Shown here: positions 7,806-17,447 of the stretch, piece by piece
Position numbering within the stretch: position 1 is the first letter of the stretch
Layout of the letters: every line of letters starts with the position of its first letter
From: Pyrodictiaceae archaeon
Lineage (GTDB): Archaea; Thermoproteota; Thermoprotei_A; Sulfolobales; Pyrodictiaceae
DNA length: 28,033 bases
Direction: 5' to 3'
NCBI GenBank assembly: GCA_027043685.1
Contig: JALUFI010000267.1
Coordinates: forward strand, 1-28,033
Notes under the pieces: model-generated
Database searches by the model: none
Told to the model about the DNA's origin: nothing
Seen by the model: only the letters and a program-made list of their open reading frames with translations
Translations under genes and position numbers: made by a program

Positions 7806-9344
7806 ATGGCTGGAAAGGAGTGGAGGCAGGCGCGCTGGGAGGAGCCCCTCGTCAACGAGTACCAGGGCAGGCGGGGAGGCTACACCATTCCCCACGGATG
7901 GGAGGACGAGGAGCTGGCACGCATCGTCGGAGAGCCCTGGGACAGGCTGGGGGGGCTCAGCCGGGGCGAGGCTCCCCAACTCCCAGGGCTCTCCGAGATA
8001 GAGCTGGTCAGGCACTACACGAGGCTAGCCCACATGAGCTACGGAGTCGACAATGGCCCGGTTCCCCTAGGCTCCTGCACGATGAAGTACAACCCCCGGG
8101 TGAGCGAGGAACTCGCCTCCGATCCCAGGGTAGCGCTGCTCCACCCGCTCCAGGACGAGGACACTGTGCAGGGGTTGCTGGAGATCCTCTGGCGGCTCGA
8201 GAGATGGCTCGCAGAAATCACGGGTATGGACCGCTGCAGTCTGCAGCCACCCGCCGGCGCGGCTGGGGAGCTGACGGGTGCGCTGATGATACGGAAGTAC
8301 CATCTCGACCGCGGCGAGGAGCGTGACGAGATGCTGGTGCCGGACTCCGCGCACGGCACCAACCCCGCGAGCGCCGCCATGGCTGGGTTCCGGGTGGTCA
8401 AGATACCGAGCAACAGCCGGGGCACCGTTGACCTCGAGGCGCTCCGAGCCGCCTTGAGCGAGAGGACTGCGGGCATAATGCTGACTAACCCTAATACGCT
8501 TGGCTTGTTCGAGGACGAGATACTGGAGATAGCCAGGCTCGTCCACGACGCCGGCGGCCTCCTGTACTACGATGGGGCAAACCTCAACGGGATAATGGGC
8601 ATAGTCCGCCCCGGCGACATGGGGTTCGACATAGTCCACCTAAACGTTCACAAGACCTTCGCCTCCCCCCATGGCGGCGGCGGGCCGGGCGCCGGAGTGG
8701 TGTGCGCGAAGGGCGCACTCGTTGACTACCTCCCGAGGCCCCTCATAGAGCGGAGAGGCGACCGCTTCTACTGGGACTATAGCTGCGAGCGCTGCATCGG
8801 GAGGATAAGGGCCTTCTACGGAAACATAGCCCCGTTGCTCAAGGCATACGTGTACATAGCTAGCCTGTCTGGCGTGGGTCTCCGCGAGGCGGCACTGCAG
8901 GCCACGGTAAACACCAACTACTTCATAGCGCTGATGAGGGGGGTGGAGGGCTACGAGCTGCCCTACGACCCCGAGAGGCCTCGCAAGCACGAGGTGGTGT
9001 ACTCCGCGAAGCCTCTGCACCGCGAGACCGGCGTCACTGCGGGCGATGTTGCCAAGGCTCTCCTTGACCGCGGGCTACACGCGCCGACGATATACTTCCC
9101 TCTGATAGTCGATGAGGCACTGATGATAGAGTTCACTGACTCCGAGACACCGGAGAACATTGAGGCCTACGCGGAGGCGCTGAGGGAGATAGCTGAGCAG
9201 GCACGCCGTAGCCCGGAGGAGGTGAAGAAGGCGCCCCGGAACACCTCGGTGGCCCGCGTGGACGAGGTGTACGCGAACCACCCGCGCACAGTGACGCCGA
9301 GCTACCGCGTCCACGCGCTCCGGGCCAAGGGGCTACTCCGGTAG
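7806..9344 (+). CDS. gcvPB: Glycine cleavage system P protein subunit 2
   Basis: PLGSCTMKYNP, PDSAHGTNPASA, YYDGANLN, HLNVHKTFASPHGGGGPG (PLP Lys), HAPTIYFPL. Confidence 0.96.
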   Translation: MAGKEWRQARWEEPLVNEYQGRRGGYTIPHGWEDEELARIVGEPWDRLGGLSRGEAPQLPGLSEIELVRHYTRLAHMSYGVDNGPVPLGSCTMKYNPRVSEELASDPRVALLHPLQDEDTVQGLLEILWRLERWLAEITGMDRCSLQPPAGAAGELTGALMIRKYHLDRGEERDEMLVPDSAHGTNPASAAMAGFRVVKIPSNSRGTVDLEALRAALSERTAGIMLTNPNTLGLFEDEILEIARLVHDAGGLLYYDGANLNGIMGIVRPGDMGFDIVHLNVHKTFASPHGGGGPGAGVVCAKGALVDYLPRPLIERRGDRFYWDYSCERCIGRIRAFYGNIAPLLKAYVYIASLSGVGLREAALQATVNTNYFIALMRGVEGYELPYDPERPRKHEVVYSAKPLHRETGVTAGDVAKALLDRGLHAPTIYFPLIVDEALMIEFTDSETPENIEAYAEALREIAEQARRSPEEVKKAPRNTSVARVDEVYANHPRTVTPSYRVHALRAKGLLR

Positions 9345-9725
9345 TCTTCCATAGATTTTCCTCACTAGCTCCAATACCCTCGGCGCGAGCTTCTCAACCA
9401 CGCTCCTCGGTATCGTGGCCGCCAGGGGGCACTCGGGGTCAACAGTCACGCCTTCCCCGGGTACGTAGACGAGGGGGTAGAGGCGGCAACCCATGGGCCT
9501 GTAGGGGTAGACGCGGCACCTCCCCGTGGAGGGGTCGAGGAAGACGCAGTGCCCGTCCACGTTGCGGAGCCTCCAGACCCCGTCGGGGCCCCTAACCGCG
9601 AACTCCTCACGGCGGTACCCTAGTGCCTCCAGCCTCTCAATGTCCTCCTCTGTTAGTGGCATCTCTGTCTCGTAGCAGCAGAGGGCGCAGTACCTGCCGC
9701 TCGGGAGCCTGCAGTCCAGCCGCAG
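9333..9725 (-). CDS. YkgJ-family cysteine-cluster protein (start uncertain)
   Basis: CALCC, GHCVFLD, GRCRVYPYRPMGCRLYP, terminal ECP. Canonical starts (TTG 9848, GTG 9818) lie inside the pfkB gene and give low-complexity N-termini. CTG at 9725 or 9719 is proposed. Confidence 0.8.
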   Translation of the reverse strand: MRLDCRLPSGRYCALCCYETEMPLTEEDIERLEALGYRREEFAVRGPDGVWRLRNVDGHCVFLDPSTGRCRVYPYRPMGCRLYPLVYVPGEGVTVDPECPLAATIPRSVVEKLAPRVLELVRKIYGRLPE

Positions 9726-9741
9726 CTCCGCGGCGCCGGGG

Positions 9742-10659
9742 CTAGAGCCTCCAGACCCGCGGCGGGCTCCGCCGGAGCGCCTCCTCGACCTCCTCTCTGC
9801 TAGGCGCAGACTGCCCACCCCTCCTGGAGACCTTGAGGCCCGCGGCAACGGAGGCCGCGCGGAGAGCCCCCTCTATACTACCCGTCTCGAGGAGGAACGC
9901 GTTGAACGCCGCAGCGAACACGTCGCCCGCGCCAGTAGTGTCTACCACCCTTTCCACGCGGTAAGCCTCGACGCGGCACACACAGTCCCGCGTGGCCGCT
10001 GCAGCCCCCTCACCCCCCAGCTTGACGACGACGACGCGGAGCCTGCCGCCCAGCAGCCTGGCCGCGTCCTCCACGCCCGCGCCCGGGGCCAGGAGGCCGT
10101 ACTCGGCGCGGTTAAGGAAGAGGACATCGGCCCAACGCCTCGACGCCTCCAGGACCCCCTGGGGGTTCTTCCTCAGTGTGCTGAACCCGGGGTCGTAGGA
10201 CACCAGGCTCGCCTCGACGCTGGAGGCTGCAGCCTCAAGCACCTCGGGGCCCTGGCTGGCCACGTGGAGCGCCTCGCAGTGGGCACCGGCGGCCTCGTCG
10301 CCGCGGAGGAGCCGGTTCGCGCCCCGAAGCGCTATCATCGCCCTCTCGCCGCCAGGCCCGACCGCGACCACGACCATGCCCGGGAACTCGTCCCCATGTA
10401 CAACTACGTGGCTAAGCCTGACACCGGCCTCCCGCAGCCTCTCCAGCACCCCCAGCTTCTCGGCGAGCACGCCGGTGTGCGCAAGGAGCGCGGAGAGGTG
10501 GCCAAGCCTGGCGACAGCGACAGCGTAGTTAGCCGCGGCTCCTCCAGGCCCCACGTAGGCCTCCTCCGCGGTAGCCCTCTCGTCCGGCCCAGGTATCTTG
10601 TCGACAACCATGTATATGTCCACGTTGAGGTTCCCCACGGCGAGGTGGCAGAACCCCAT
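9742..10659 (-). CDS. PfkB/ribokinase-family carbohydrate or nucleoside kinase
   Basis: [40 protein letters not shown] signatures. Substrate not determinable. Confidence 0.9.
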   Translation of the reverse strand: MGFCHLAVGNLNVDIYMVVDKIPGPDERATAEEAYVGPGGAAANYAVAVARLGHLSALLAHTGVLAEKLGVLERLREAGVRLSHVVVHGDEFPGMVVVAVGPGGERAMIALRGANRLLRGDEAAGAHCEALHVASQGPEVLEAAASSVEASLVSYDPGFSTLRKNPQGVLEASRRWADVLFLNRAEYGLLAPGAGVEDAARLLGGRLRVVVVKLGGEGAAAATRDCVCRVEAYRVERVVDTTGAGDVFAAAFNAFLLETGSIEGALRAASVAAGLKVSRRGGQSAPSREEVEEALRRSPPRVWRL

Positions 10660-10700
10660 TCCACCGGCACCGCGTGGCCCTCGGGGAGCCGAGGCACCAC

Positions 10701-10708
10701 CTATAATC
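10701..10708. promoter_or_regulatory. TATA box between divergent pfkB-family gene and metG
   Basis: CTATAATC is the only AT-rich box in the 109-bp divergent gap. Confidence 0.55.
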
Positions 10709-10768
10709 CCACTATCGGCGTCACTGGGGCAGGCTCTGGGGACGCCGAGAGAGGGGAGGGGCAGAGAG

Positions 10769-12490
10769 GTGGCGAAGTGGATAGTCGCCTCCGCGTGGCC
10801 CTACGTCAACAACGTGCCCCATCTAGGCAACCTGGTGGGCTCCATACTGTCCGCCGACGTCTTCGCCCGCTACCTGAGGCTACGCGGAGAGGACGTTGTC
10901 TTCGTCAGCGGGAGCGACGAGCACGGCACACCTATAGAGATAGAGGCGATAAAGCGCGGCGTGCACCCCAAGCAGCTCACCGACCAGGCCCACGAGTACG
11001 TCTCGAAACTGTTCCGCGAGTACATGATAAGCTTCGACAACTACACACGGACCGAGAGCCCGGTGCATAAGCGCTTTGTCCAGGAGTTCATGATGAAGCT
11101 CTACAAGAACGGCTACATATTCGAGCAGGACGACGTGCTACCCTACTGCCCGAGGGACAAGATGTTCCTTCCCGACCGCTTCGTGGTCGGCACCTGCCCC
11201 TACTGCGGCTACCCCTACGCCCACGGCGACCAGTGCGACAACTGTGGCAGGCTACTACACCCAACCGAGCTGATAAACCCCAGGTGCGCCATCTGCGGAG
11301 GCCCAGTGGAGTTCAGGAAGACAAAGCACTGGTTCTTCGACCTGCCGAAGCTCCGTGACCGTCTCCTCAAGTGGCTGAAAGAGTCTAATCTCCCGCCAAA
11401 CGTGAAGAACTACAGCCTCCGCTGGGTCGAGGAGGGGCTCAAGCCCAGGAGCGTGACCAGGGACAACAAGTGGGGGATACCGGCCCCCTTCCCCGGCGCC
11501 GAGGGCAAGACAATCTACGTGTGGTTCGAGGCACTCCTAGGCTACATATCAGCAACCATAGAGTACTTTGAGAGGCGCGGCGAGCCGGAGAAGTGGAAGG
11601 AGTACTGGTTCGACCAGGCCACAAGGACCGTCTACTTCATAGGCAAGGACAACATACCGTTCCACGCGATAATCTTCCCGGCCATGCTGATGGCCAGCGG
11701 CGACCCCTACGTGCTCCCCTGGTACATATCCGCGACCGAGTACCTCATGTACCAGGGGGAGCAGTTCTCGAAGAGCAGGCGCTGGGGCATCTGGATAGAC
11801 GAGGCCCTCGAGATACTCCCGGCCGACTACTGGCGCTTCGCGTTGATAAAAATGAGGCCGGAGACAAAGGACACTAACTTCACCTGGAAAGACTTCTACA
11901 GGATAGTAAACAGCGACATGAACGACGACATAGGCAACTATGTGCACCGCGTACTCAAGTTCATATACAGCAGGTTCGACGCAACCATACCCGAGCCGGG
12001 GCCCTGGAGCAGCGAAGACGAGGAGTTCAAGCAGTACTACCTCAGCGCCCCCGACCGGGTCGCGGAGCACCTGGACAACTTCCGTCTGAAGCAGGGCCTC
12101 GAGGAGGTGGTTGAGCTGGCGAGGCGCGGCAACCAGTACCTCAACGCAAGGGCTCCATGGGAGAAGGTGAAGACAGCGCCCGAGGAGGCCGCAACCATAA
12201 TGTACAACGCCGCAAACTCCGTCGCGACGCTCGCCGTGCTACTAGCACCCTTCGTGCCCGCCTCCGCGGAGAAGCTGTGGCGCATGCTCAACCTCGAGGG
12301 AAGCGTCCATGACCGGGGCCGCTGGAACGAGGCAAAGAAGCCGATGCTGAAGCCCGGGCACCACATAGGGAAGCCGGAGCCGCTCTTCCGGAAGCTGCCC
12401 CCCGACTTCCCGGATAAGGCCGAGGAGCTAGTCAGGGAGGCAAGGAAGAAGGTCATGGAGAAGAGGCCGCCGCTCCTACGCTGGACATAG
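10769..12490 (+). CDS. metG: Methionyl-tRNA synthetase (no C-terminal Trbp domain)
   Basis: [11 protein letters not shown] (HIGH), SGSDEHG, zinc knuckles [36 protein letters not shown] (KMSKS). GTG 10769 after GGAGG chosen over the upstream ORF start that overlaps pfkB. Confidence 0.96.
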   Translation: MAKWIVASAWPYVNNVPHLGNLVGSILSADVFARYLRLRGEDVVFVSGSDEHGTPIEIEAIKRGVHPKQLTDQAHEYVSKLFREYMISFDNYTRTESPVHKRFVQEFMMKLYKNGYIFEQDDVLPYCPRDKMFLPDRFVVGTCPYCGYPYAHGDQCDNCGRLLHPTELINPRCAICGGPVEFRKTKHWFFDLPKLRDRLLKWLKESNLPPNVKNYSLRWVEEGLKPRSVTRDNKWGIPAPFPGAEGKTIYVWFEALLGYISATIEYFERRGEPEKWKEYWFDQATRTVYFIGKDNIPFHAIIFPAMLMASGDPYVLPWYISATEYLMYQGEQFSKSRRWGIWIDEALEILPADYWRFALIKMRPETKDTNFTWKDFYRIVNSDMNDDIGNYVHRVLKFIYSRFDATIPEPGPWSSEDEEFKQYYLSAPDRVAEHLDNFRLKQGLEEVVELARRGNQYLNARAPWEKVKTAPEEAATIMYNAANSVATLAVLLAPFVPASAEKLWRMLNLEGSVHDRGRWNEAKKPMLKPGHHIGKPEPLFRKLPPDFPDKAEELVREARKKVMEKRPPLLRWT

Positions 12491-12585
12491 CGCTACGACG
12501 CGGGCCCGGCGTATCCTTCACTCCTTTCCCTGGGCAGGGCCGCCCTCCGCAGGAGGGGAGCCGCTTCCTCCTGGTGCATCCGGGC

Positions 12586-12999
12586 ATGGGCTGCAGGGTC
12601 CGGGTGAAGGGCGGCTACCGGGCCCTTGAAGCAGCTCTCGAGGAGCACAAGAGGCTGATATACGAGTACAACGCGCTTCTCCGCGGCACCGGCTACTACC
12701 TCAAACCCGTCCACATAGTTACGCGGAGGACGAGTAGCGGGAGGGCACGCTACATCTATGTGGGCAGGTACTGGTGGAGGCTGAGCTACGCCGGAAAGAA
12801 GGGGCAAACATCGAGAGTTAAATGGATATACATTGGCAAGGAGAAGCCGAGGGAGCTGAGCAGGCTACCCGACCCCCCATCCTCGCCCCTGCAGGGCCTC
12901 GCCGTGCGCATAGAGGGCGACGACGTAGTCCTCGAGGAGAGGCTCTACCGGAGGTACCGGTGGCTCTTCGAGGGATACGAGACGGTGCGTGAATGCTAG
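12586..12999 (+). CDS. Hypothetical basic protein, possibly nucleic-acid binding
   Basis: Protein-like composition and codon use. Aromatic/basic strands YIYVGRYWWRLSY and KWIYIGKEKP. ATG 12586. Confidence 0.7.
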   Translation: MGCRVRVKGGYRALEAALEEHKRLIYEYNALLRGTGYYLKPVHIVTRRTSSGRARYIYVGRYWWRLSYAGKKGQTSRVKWIYIGKEKPRELSRLPDPPSSPLQGLAVRIEGDDVVLEERLYRRYRWLFEGYETVREC

Positions 13000-13210
13000 G
13001 CGACGCCAGGGTTATCCCAGCCTCCTGGGGCCTGCTCTCTCTGGACGCTTACCCCCGGCGCGGCTGCCACCGCTCCCCAGGGGTCTAGGGATGCTGAGCT
13101 TTCCCCTCACCCGAGCCCCTGGGGCCCCTGGGGGCGGTGAGGAGGCGTGGAGGCGGCCGCCTCTGAGCGCCGCGGCGCTTGCTGGCTAATCCATGGCTTG
13201 AGGAGGAGGC

Positions 13211-14131
13211 ATGACGTCTGCCTTGGAGATTCGTGTCCGCGTGATAGGCGCGGATAGCTTTGGCTCACGCAGTATGGCTACTGTGGTGGAGGCTGGTGGA
13301 GTGAAGATATTCATTGACCCCGGCGTCGCGTATGCGCCGCGCCGCTACGGCCTGCCGCCGCACCCTGTTGAGCTGAGGCGTCTGGAGGAGATACGGGAGG
13401 AGATAAGGAGGGAGCTCGAAGACACCGATATCATTGTTATTACTCATTATCATTATGACCACTACTTGCGTGACCCTGGTGACGCTGAGCTTTACCGCGG
13501 AAAGATTCTCCTCGTGAAGGACCCGCGTCACGCGATTAATCTTAGCCAGAAGCTTCGTGCACACCGCTTGTTCCGCGTCAACCGCGTTGAGGAGCTTGCG
13601 TCCAGACTTGAGGTACTCGATGGGAGGAGCTTCAAGTTTGACGGGGTACGGGTGGCTGGGTCGCCTCCGGTGCCCCACGGGGCTGAGGGGAGCAAGCTGG
13701 GCTACGTGGTCATGGTTCTCGTTGAGTGCTGCGGCTACCGGTTCGTCCATGGGTCCGACGTGCAGGGCCCGATGAACCGTGCAGCCCTGGACTGGATTAG
13801 GGAGGCGAGGCCCGATCTCCTCTTCATAAGCGGGCCTCCGACCTACTTTGCGGGCTTCAAGGTTCCGCGCGAAGATGTTGAGAGGGGCCTGCAAGGCCTA
13901 GTGGAGGCCGCTAGGCATGTATCCGAGCTAGTAATCGCGGATCACCACTTTGCGCGCGACCTGGAGTATCCCCGGCTCCTCGAAGAGGTTTCCAGGGCTA
14001 GCGGCGCCCGAGTGGTCTCCGCCGCCGAGTATATGGGGCGGCCATATGAGCCCCTGGAGGCTCTGCGCCGGGAGCTGTGGAGAAGGGATGGAGGGCCCGG
14101 GGGCGGTGAAGAGGCCGCTGATAGTGATTGA
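13211..14131 (+). CDS. Metallo-beta-lactamase-fold hydrolase, UPF0282-like
   Basis: ADSFGSRSMATVV, FIDPG, THYHYDH, PVPHG, HGSDVQGP, DHH. SD GAGGAGG before ATG. Confidence 0.85.
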   Translation: MTSALEIRVRVIGADSFGSRSMATVVEAGGVKIFIDPGVAYAPRRYGLPPHPVELRRLEEIREEIRRELEDTDIIVITHYHYDHYLRDPGDAELYRGKILLVKDPRHAINLSQKLRAHRLFRVNRVEELASRLEVLDGRSFKFDGVRVAGSPPVPHGAEGSKLGYVVMVLVECCGYRFVHGSDVQGPMNRAALDWIREARPDLLFISGPPTYFAGFKVPREDVERGLQGLVEAARHVSELVIADHHFARDLEYPRLLEEVSRASGARVVSAAEYMGRPYEPLEALRRELWRRDGGPGGGEEAADSD

Positions 14132-14780
14132 GCATCTCGAGGACCATTTCTCGCGGTGGCTTCGCGCCGAGTACCGTCACGCCGCAGAGATTGCTGGCGA
14201 GAGGCTCTACGTTACCAACGCTGGCTGCTTCTGTGAAGAGATAAGCCGCGTCGTAGGCAGGGAGCACTGCTTCCGCGAAAGCATCCTCGAGCTCCGGGGC
14301 GTCCTCTATACGAGCCCCGAGCGCGTCATCGTGCTCGACCCTAGGGCGCGGGAGGAGCTAACCCCCGGCACCGCTGGCGGCGCCGAGGTGCTCGTGGTCG
14401 GGGGGATTCTCGGCGACCACCCGCCGCGGGGCCGGACATGGGAGGCCCTGACCCGCAGGGCCCTCGAGGCCGGGATGAGGGCGGCGCATCTAGGTGAGGG
14501 CCAACTCAGCATAGACGGGGCGGTCTACGTCGCTCTCCAGGTGGCCGAGGGGAGGCGCTTATCCGAGCTAGGCTTCGTTGACGGCCTCAGCGTCGAGGTA
14601 GACCTGGGCGACGGCTTTGTGAGGGAGGTCGTGCTCCCCTTCCGCTACCCCCTGGTGGACGGCAAGCCGCTGGTAAGCAGGGAGGTGCTGGAGCTGCTCC
14701 GCTCGGGGCTTGGGTACGAGGAGTACCTGGAGGCTTCAGGGAGGATGAGCGGCTGCTCCGCCGAGGAGCAGGCCGATTAG
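14106..14780 (+). CDS. Sfm1-like SPOUT methyltransferase (DUF431/COG2428 type)
   Basis: IVIEHLE...WLRAEY, VLDP, GGILGDHPPRGRT, LGEGQLSIDGA, LPFRYP resemble yeast Sfm1 motifs. GTG 14106 overlaps the upstream stop region. Confidence 0.85.
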   Translation: MKRPLIVIEHLEDHFSRWLRAEYRHAAEIAGERLYVTNAGCFCEEISRVVGREHCFRESILELRGVLYTSPERVIVLDPRAREELTPGTAGGAEVLVVGGILGDHPPRGRTWEALTRRALEAGMRAAHLGEGQLSIDGAVYVALQVAEGRRLSELGFVDGLSVEVDLGDGFVREVVLPFRYPLVDGKPLVSREVLELLRSGLGYEEYLEASGRMSGCSAEEQAD

Positions 14781-15062
14781 CAGCGAGGCTAGGGCCGAGA
14801 GGACGCCAACCCATAGGGCCTCCCCGCGGTCAAGCAAGCCTTTCCTAACGTATCGGTTCGCGAGCGGCACCGTGGCGGCGTAGCCGGCGATGGCTGCCGC
14901 AGCTGCCGCTGCGCAGCCCGTGGCGCTCACCGTGTAGCCGCCGGCGAGGCCCGCCGCTAGCGCGGTGAGGACGCGGATTGCTGAGAGGCGGAGCCTAGCC
15001 CTCCTCCGCTCCAGGTAGGCGCTTAACGGGTCTCGGGGGCTCCGAGGCGTCTCCGCGGGCAA
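14736..15062 (-). CDS. Small hypothetical membrane protein (about 3 TM)
   Basis: Hydrophobic segments after an Arg-rich N-terminus. TTG start inside the rqc2 3' end. Confidence 0.6.
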   Translation of the reverse strand: MPAETPRSPRDPLSAYLERRRARLRLSAIRVLTALAAGLAGGYTVSATGCAAAAAAAIAGYAATVPLANRYVRKGLLDRGEALWVGVLSALASLLIGLLLGGAAAHPP

Positions 15063-17019
15063 CCCTGAGCACCCTGGAGCGGCCGGGGAGCCTCAGCCTT
15101 ATCTCCTCGGCACTAAGCGCGTCCGCGAGCGGCCGATGCTCCTCGGGGAGCTTCCCCCTCAACAGCTTCTTCAGCCTAGCCGCGAGCCTGGATGGGTCCT
15201 CGTCGCCGGGCGCCAGGATTGCGTAGACGAGGCTCCTCCTCCTCACAAGCTCCGGAGGCCCAACTATGACCAGTGGGGCCCCCTCCTCGGAGGCGAGGCC
15301 TAGGGCGAGCCGGAGCTCCACGTTCCTCACGTAGTTCCTCTTACCGTAGACCATGAATGCTCCGCGTGCCAGGTACTCGCCGGGCGGCGGCGTCTTCGAG
15401 ACCTGGCTGCCCCACACCCAGTACACGTCAACCGAGCCTAGGCCCTCCTTCCAGGCCCTGGAGTAGGCTGCGGTGAGGAGGGCTGCCTCCCGGAGATCCT
15501 GCTCCGGCGGCTGCTCGCCCTCAGCGAACACCACCACGGCGGGAGCGCCGTGTATATCGGCATGCATGAATATCCTCTTCTCGTTGAGGTACCGCTTCAC
15601 GACTGACTCGTTCTGGCTTGCATCCCTGCCGCCTATAGCCAGGTAGCCGTGGCTCGTGACGAGCCAGTGGTACTTCTCGTACCACTCCTTCCTCCTCACC
15701 AGGGCACGGGCACGCCTCGCGGCCGCCTCCGCCTCGGCGCGGAGGCCCCGGAGCCTCTCCTCGAGCTCCCTGAGCGCCTTAAGGCCTCGCTTAATCTTGG
15801 CCTCCACCTCGCCCCTCTCCTTGCTCAGCTCCACGAGTAGCTGCGAGGGCTCAACCCGGATATCCACGGGGACCAGCTCACCCCCTATGCCGAGCATTAT
15901 GCGTCCCTGGCTTGGCTCCACGTCGACGACTCCGGGGCAGTTGCCCGGCACCGCCTCCCAGCCGCTCCGCTCCCTCAGCCTCCGCGCACACCCCACAGCC
16001 TCGTAGACGAGGTGCATATTCTCCCCAAGCAGTGTTATCAACTTGTCAAGTCTCTCGAGCCGCTCACGGAGTTTCTCAATGTTTCTCTTAGCCTTCTCTA
16101 TGCTGGCCTCCAGCCGCTTACGCTCAGCCTCTATCCCCTTGACGGCCTCCGCCTCCTCAACCCTCCGAAGCTCCTCAACGAAGTACGCGTCCAATGCGTC
16201 GCTTATGCTCTCAAACCTCTTCACGGTGTAGCCGTACTCCTCGGCCAGGCCCCGGGGCTCGAAGGGGACAACAGTGACCGCCAGGCCCTCGTCACCGTAT
16301 ACTATGTAGCCACGGGCCTGCAGCGCCTCGGCCTCAATGCGTCTAAGCTCCTCCAGGAGCTCCTCCACCGGCACCCTGTCCGCCGGCTCAGAGGGCTTCA
16401 TGCCCCTCCGCAGCAGCGCCTCCTCAACCACCTCCCCGGGGTAGCCGAGGCCACGTGCAAGCACCCTAGCCGCCTCGCCGCCGCGGCTAAGCAGCTCCCT
16501 CAGCTCCTCAACCCCCAGCTGGGAAGGGCGGCGGGGCCCACCAGGCGGCGGAGCATAGGGCGCCCCGCGGCGCAGGACACGGTCCCTCATCTCCCTGGCC
16601 TCGCTCAGCTGCAGAATCCTGCCGTCAGGCGATAGGAGGGCATAGACGCCCCGGGGGAGAACCTCTACGACTAGCCGGTAGACGCCGCTGCCGGCCTCAA
16701 CGCCGAGGACGAGTATGCGGTCAAACCCGAGCTGCTCCACGGAGACCACACGGCCCCCACGGATATGCTTCCTTATACCCATGACGGTTGGGGAGGGCAT
16801 ACCCTTGCCTCCTACATCGAATCTGGTCAAGTGGACCCTCACGCCCGGCACAGCGGCGACGCGGTAGTCGCCGCCGCTGCCCCGTAGCCGAAGCAGCAGG
16901 CCTCCACCAGGCATGTCATACACGTTCACCAGGCGCGCGCCGCTGAGGAGCCTGGAGGCCTCAGAGGCCACTGCGGCGACATCGAAGCTGCTCATGCTAC
17001 GTTTACGCTTAATCGGCAA
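14995..17019 (-). CDS. rqcH: Ribosome rescue protein Rqc2/RqcH (NFACT family)
   Basis: MSSFDV, GFDRIL, HhH region, long coiled coil, WYEKYHWLVTSHGYLAIGGRDASQNE, MHADIHGAP, YSRAWK, GAFMVYGKRNY. Start TTG 17019 or ATG 16995. Confidence 0.92.
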   Translation of the reverse strand: MPIKRKRSMSSFDVAAVASEASRLLSGARLVNVYDMPGGGLLLRLRGSGGDYRVAAVPGVRVHLTRFDVGGKGMPSPTVMGIRKHIRGGRVVSVEQLGFDRILVLGVEAGSGVYRLVVEVLPRGVYALLSPDGRILQLSEAREMRDRVLRRGAPYAPPPGGPRRPSQLGVEELRELLSRGGEAARVLARGLGYPGEVVEEALLRRGMKPSEPADRVPVEELLEELRRIEAEALQARGYIVYGDEGLAVTVVPFEPRGLAEEYGYTVKRFESISDALDAYFVEELRRVEEAEAVKGIEAERKRLEASIEKAKRNIEKLRERLERLDKLITLLGENMHLVYEAVGCARRLRERSGWEAVPGNCPGVVDVEPSQGRIMLGIGGELVPVDIRVEPSQLLVELSKERGEVEAKIKRGLKALRELEERLRGLRAEAEAAARRARALVRRKEWYEKYHWLVTSHGYLAIGGRDASQNESVVKRYLNEKRIFMHADIHGAPAVVVFAEGEQPPEQDLREAALLTAAYSRAWKEGLGSVDVYWVWGSQVSKTPPPGEYLARGAFMVYGKRNYVRNVELRLALGLASEEGAPLVIVGPPELVRRRSLVYAILAPGDEDPSRLAARLKKLLRGKLPEEHRPLADALSAEEIRLRLPGRSRVLRVARGDASEPPRPVKRLPGAEEG

Positions 17020-17068
17020 TGCCGGCTCTTCACCCCGGTGTAGGGGCGACGCGGCCAGGGAAACTAGT

Positions 17069-17077
17069 CTAATAAAG
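17069..17077. promoter_or_regulatory. Bidirectional TATA between rqcH and rps25e
   Basis: CTAATAAAG about 40-50 nt from both starts. Confidence 0.55.
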
Positions 17078-17118
17078 CCCGGAGGAGCCCCGGGGGCTGC
17101 CAATGCGGGGGCTGAGGC

Positions 17119-17361
17119 GTGTCTGAGCGCGCGCGTGAGTTCACCGCATTCGTGCCCGAGAACGTCTACAAGAGGATAGCGAGGGATATTCGCCGCGAGA
17201 AGTACGTCACACCCTACATGATTGCCGAGAAGTACAGCATGACTATAAGCCTCGCTAAGCAGGTCCTGCGCCGCCTGGAGAAGGAGGGCATCGTTGAGCT
17301 ATACTCTCCCAGCAGGAGGGCCCCGCTCTACATAGTCAAGGCCAGCAAGGCCAAGAAGTAG
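17119..17361 (+). CDS. rps25e: Ribosomal protein eS25 (short form)
   Basis: KYVTPYMIAEKYSMTISLAKQVLRRLEKEGIV...RRAPLY winged helix. An in-frame TGA at 17113 fixes the start. Confidence 0.85.
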   Translation: MSERAREFTAFVPENVYKRIARDIRREKYVTPYMIAEKYSMTISLAKQVLRRLEKEGIVELYSPSRRAPLYIVKASKAKK

Positions 17362-17386
17362 GCCGCGCGTCGAGGAGCCCGGGTTC

Positions 17387-17442
17387 AAAAAGCACGGAGT
17401 ATATGCTCTGTGCCCCGCCTAGCGTTTGTCGTGCGCGTTTTT
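17387..17442. terminator. Hairpin plus T-runs between convergent rps25e and wHTH genes
   Basis: GCACGGAG-TATATG-CTCTGTGC (17392-17413) with AAAAA 17387-17391 (T5 on minus) and TTTTT 17438-17442 on plus. Confidence 0.45.
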
Positions 17443-17447
17443 GTGCT

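Noticed and set aside
10598-10768. N-terminal extension of MetRS in the ORF track
   Set aside because: Overlaps pfkB and the shared TATA. Homology begins at GTG 10769, which has an SD.
12989-13189. 66-aa plus-strand ORF
   Set aside because: Pro/Gly/Arg-rich, overlaps the previous gene and coincides with hairpin-rich DNA.
13950-14105. N-terminal extension of the SPOUT ORF
   Set aside because: Lies inside the UPF0282 gene. Sfm1-like sequence begins at GTG 14106.
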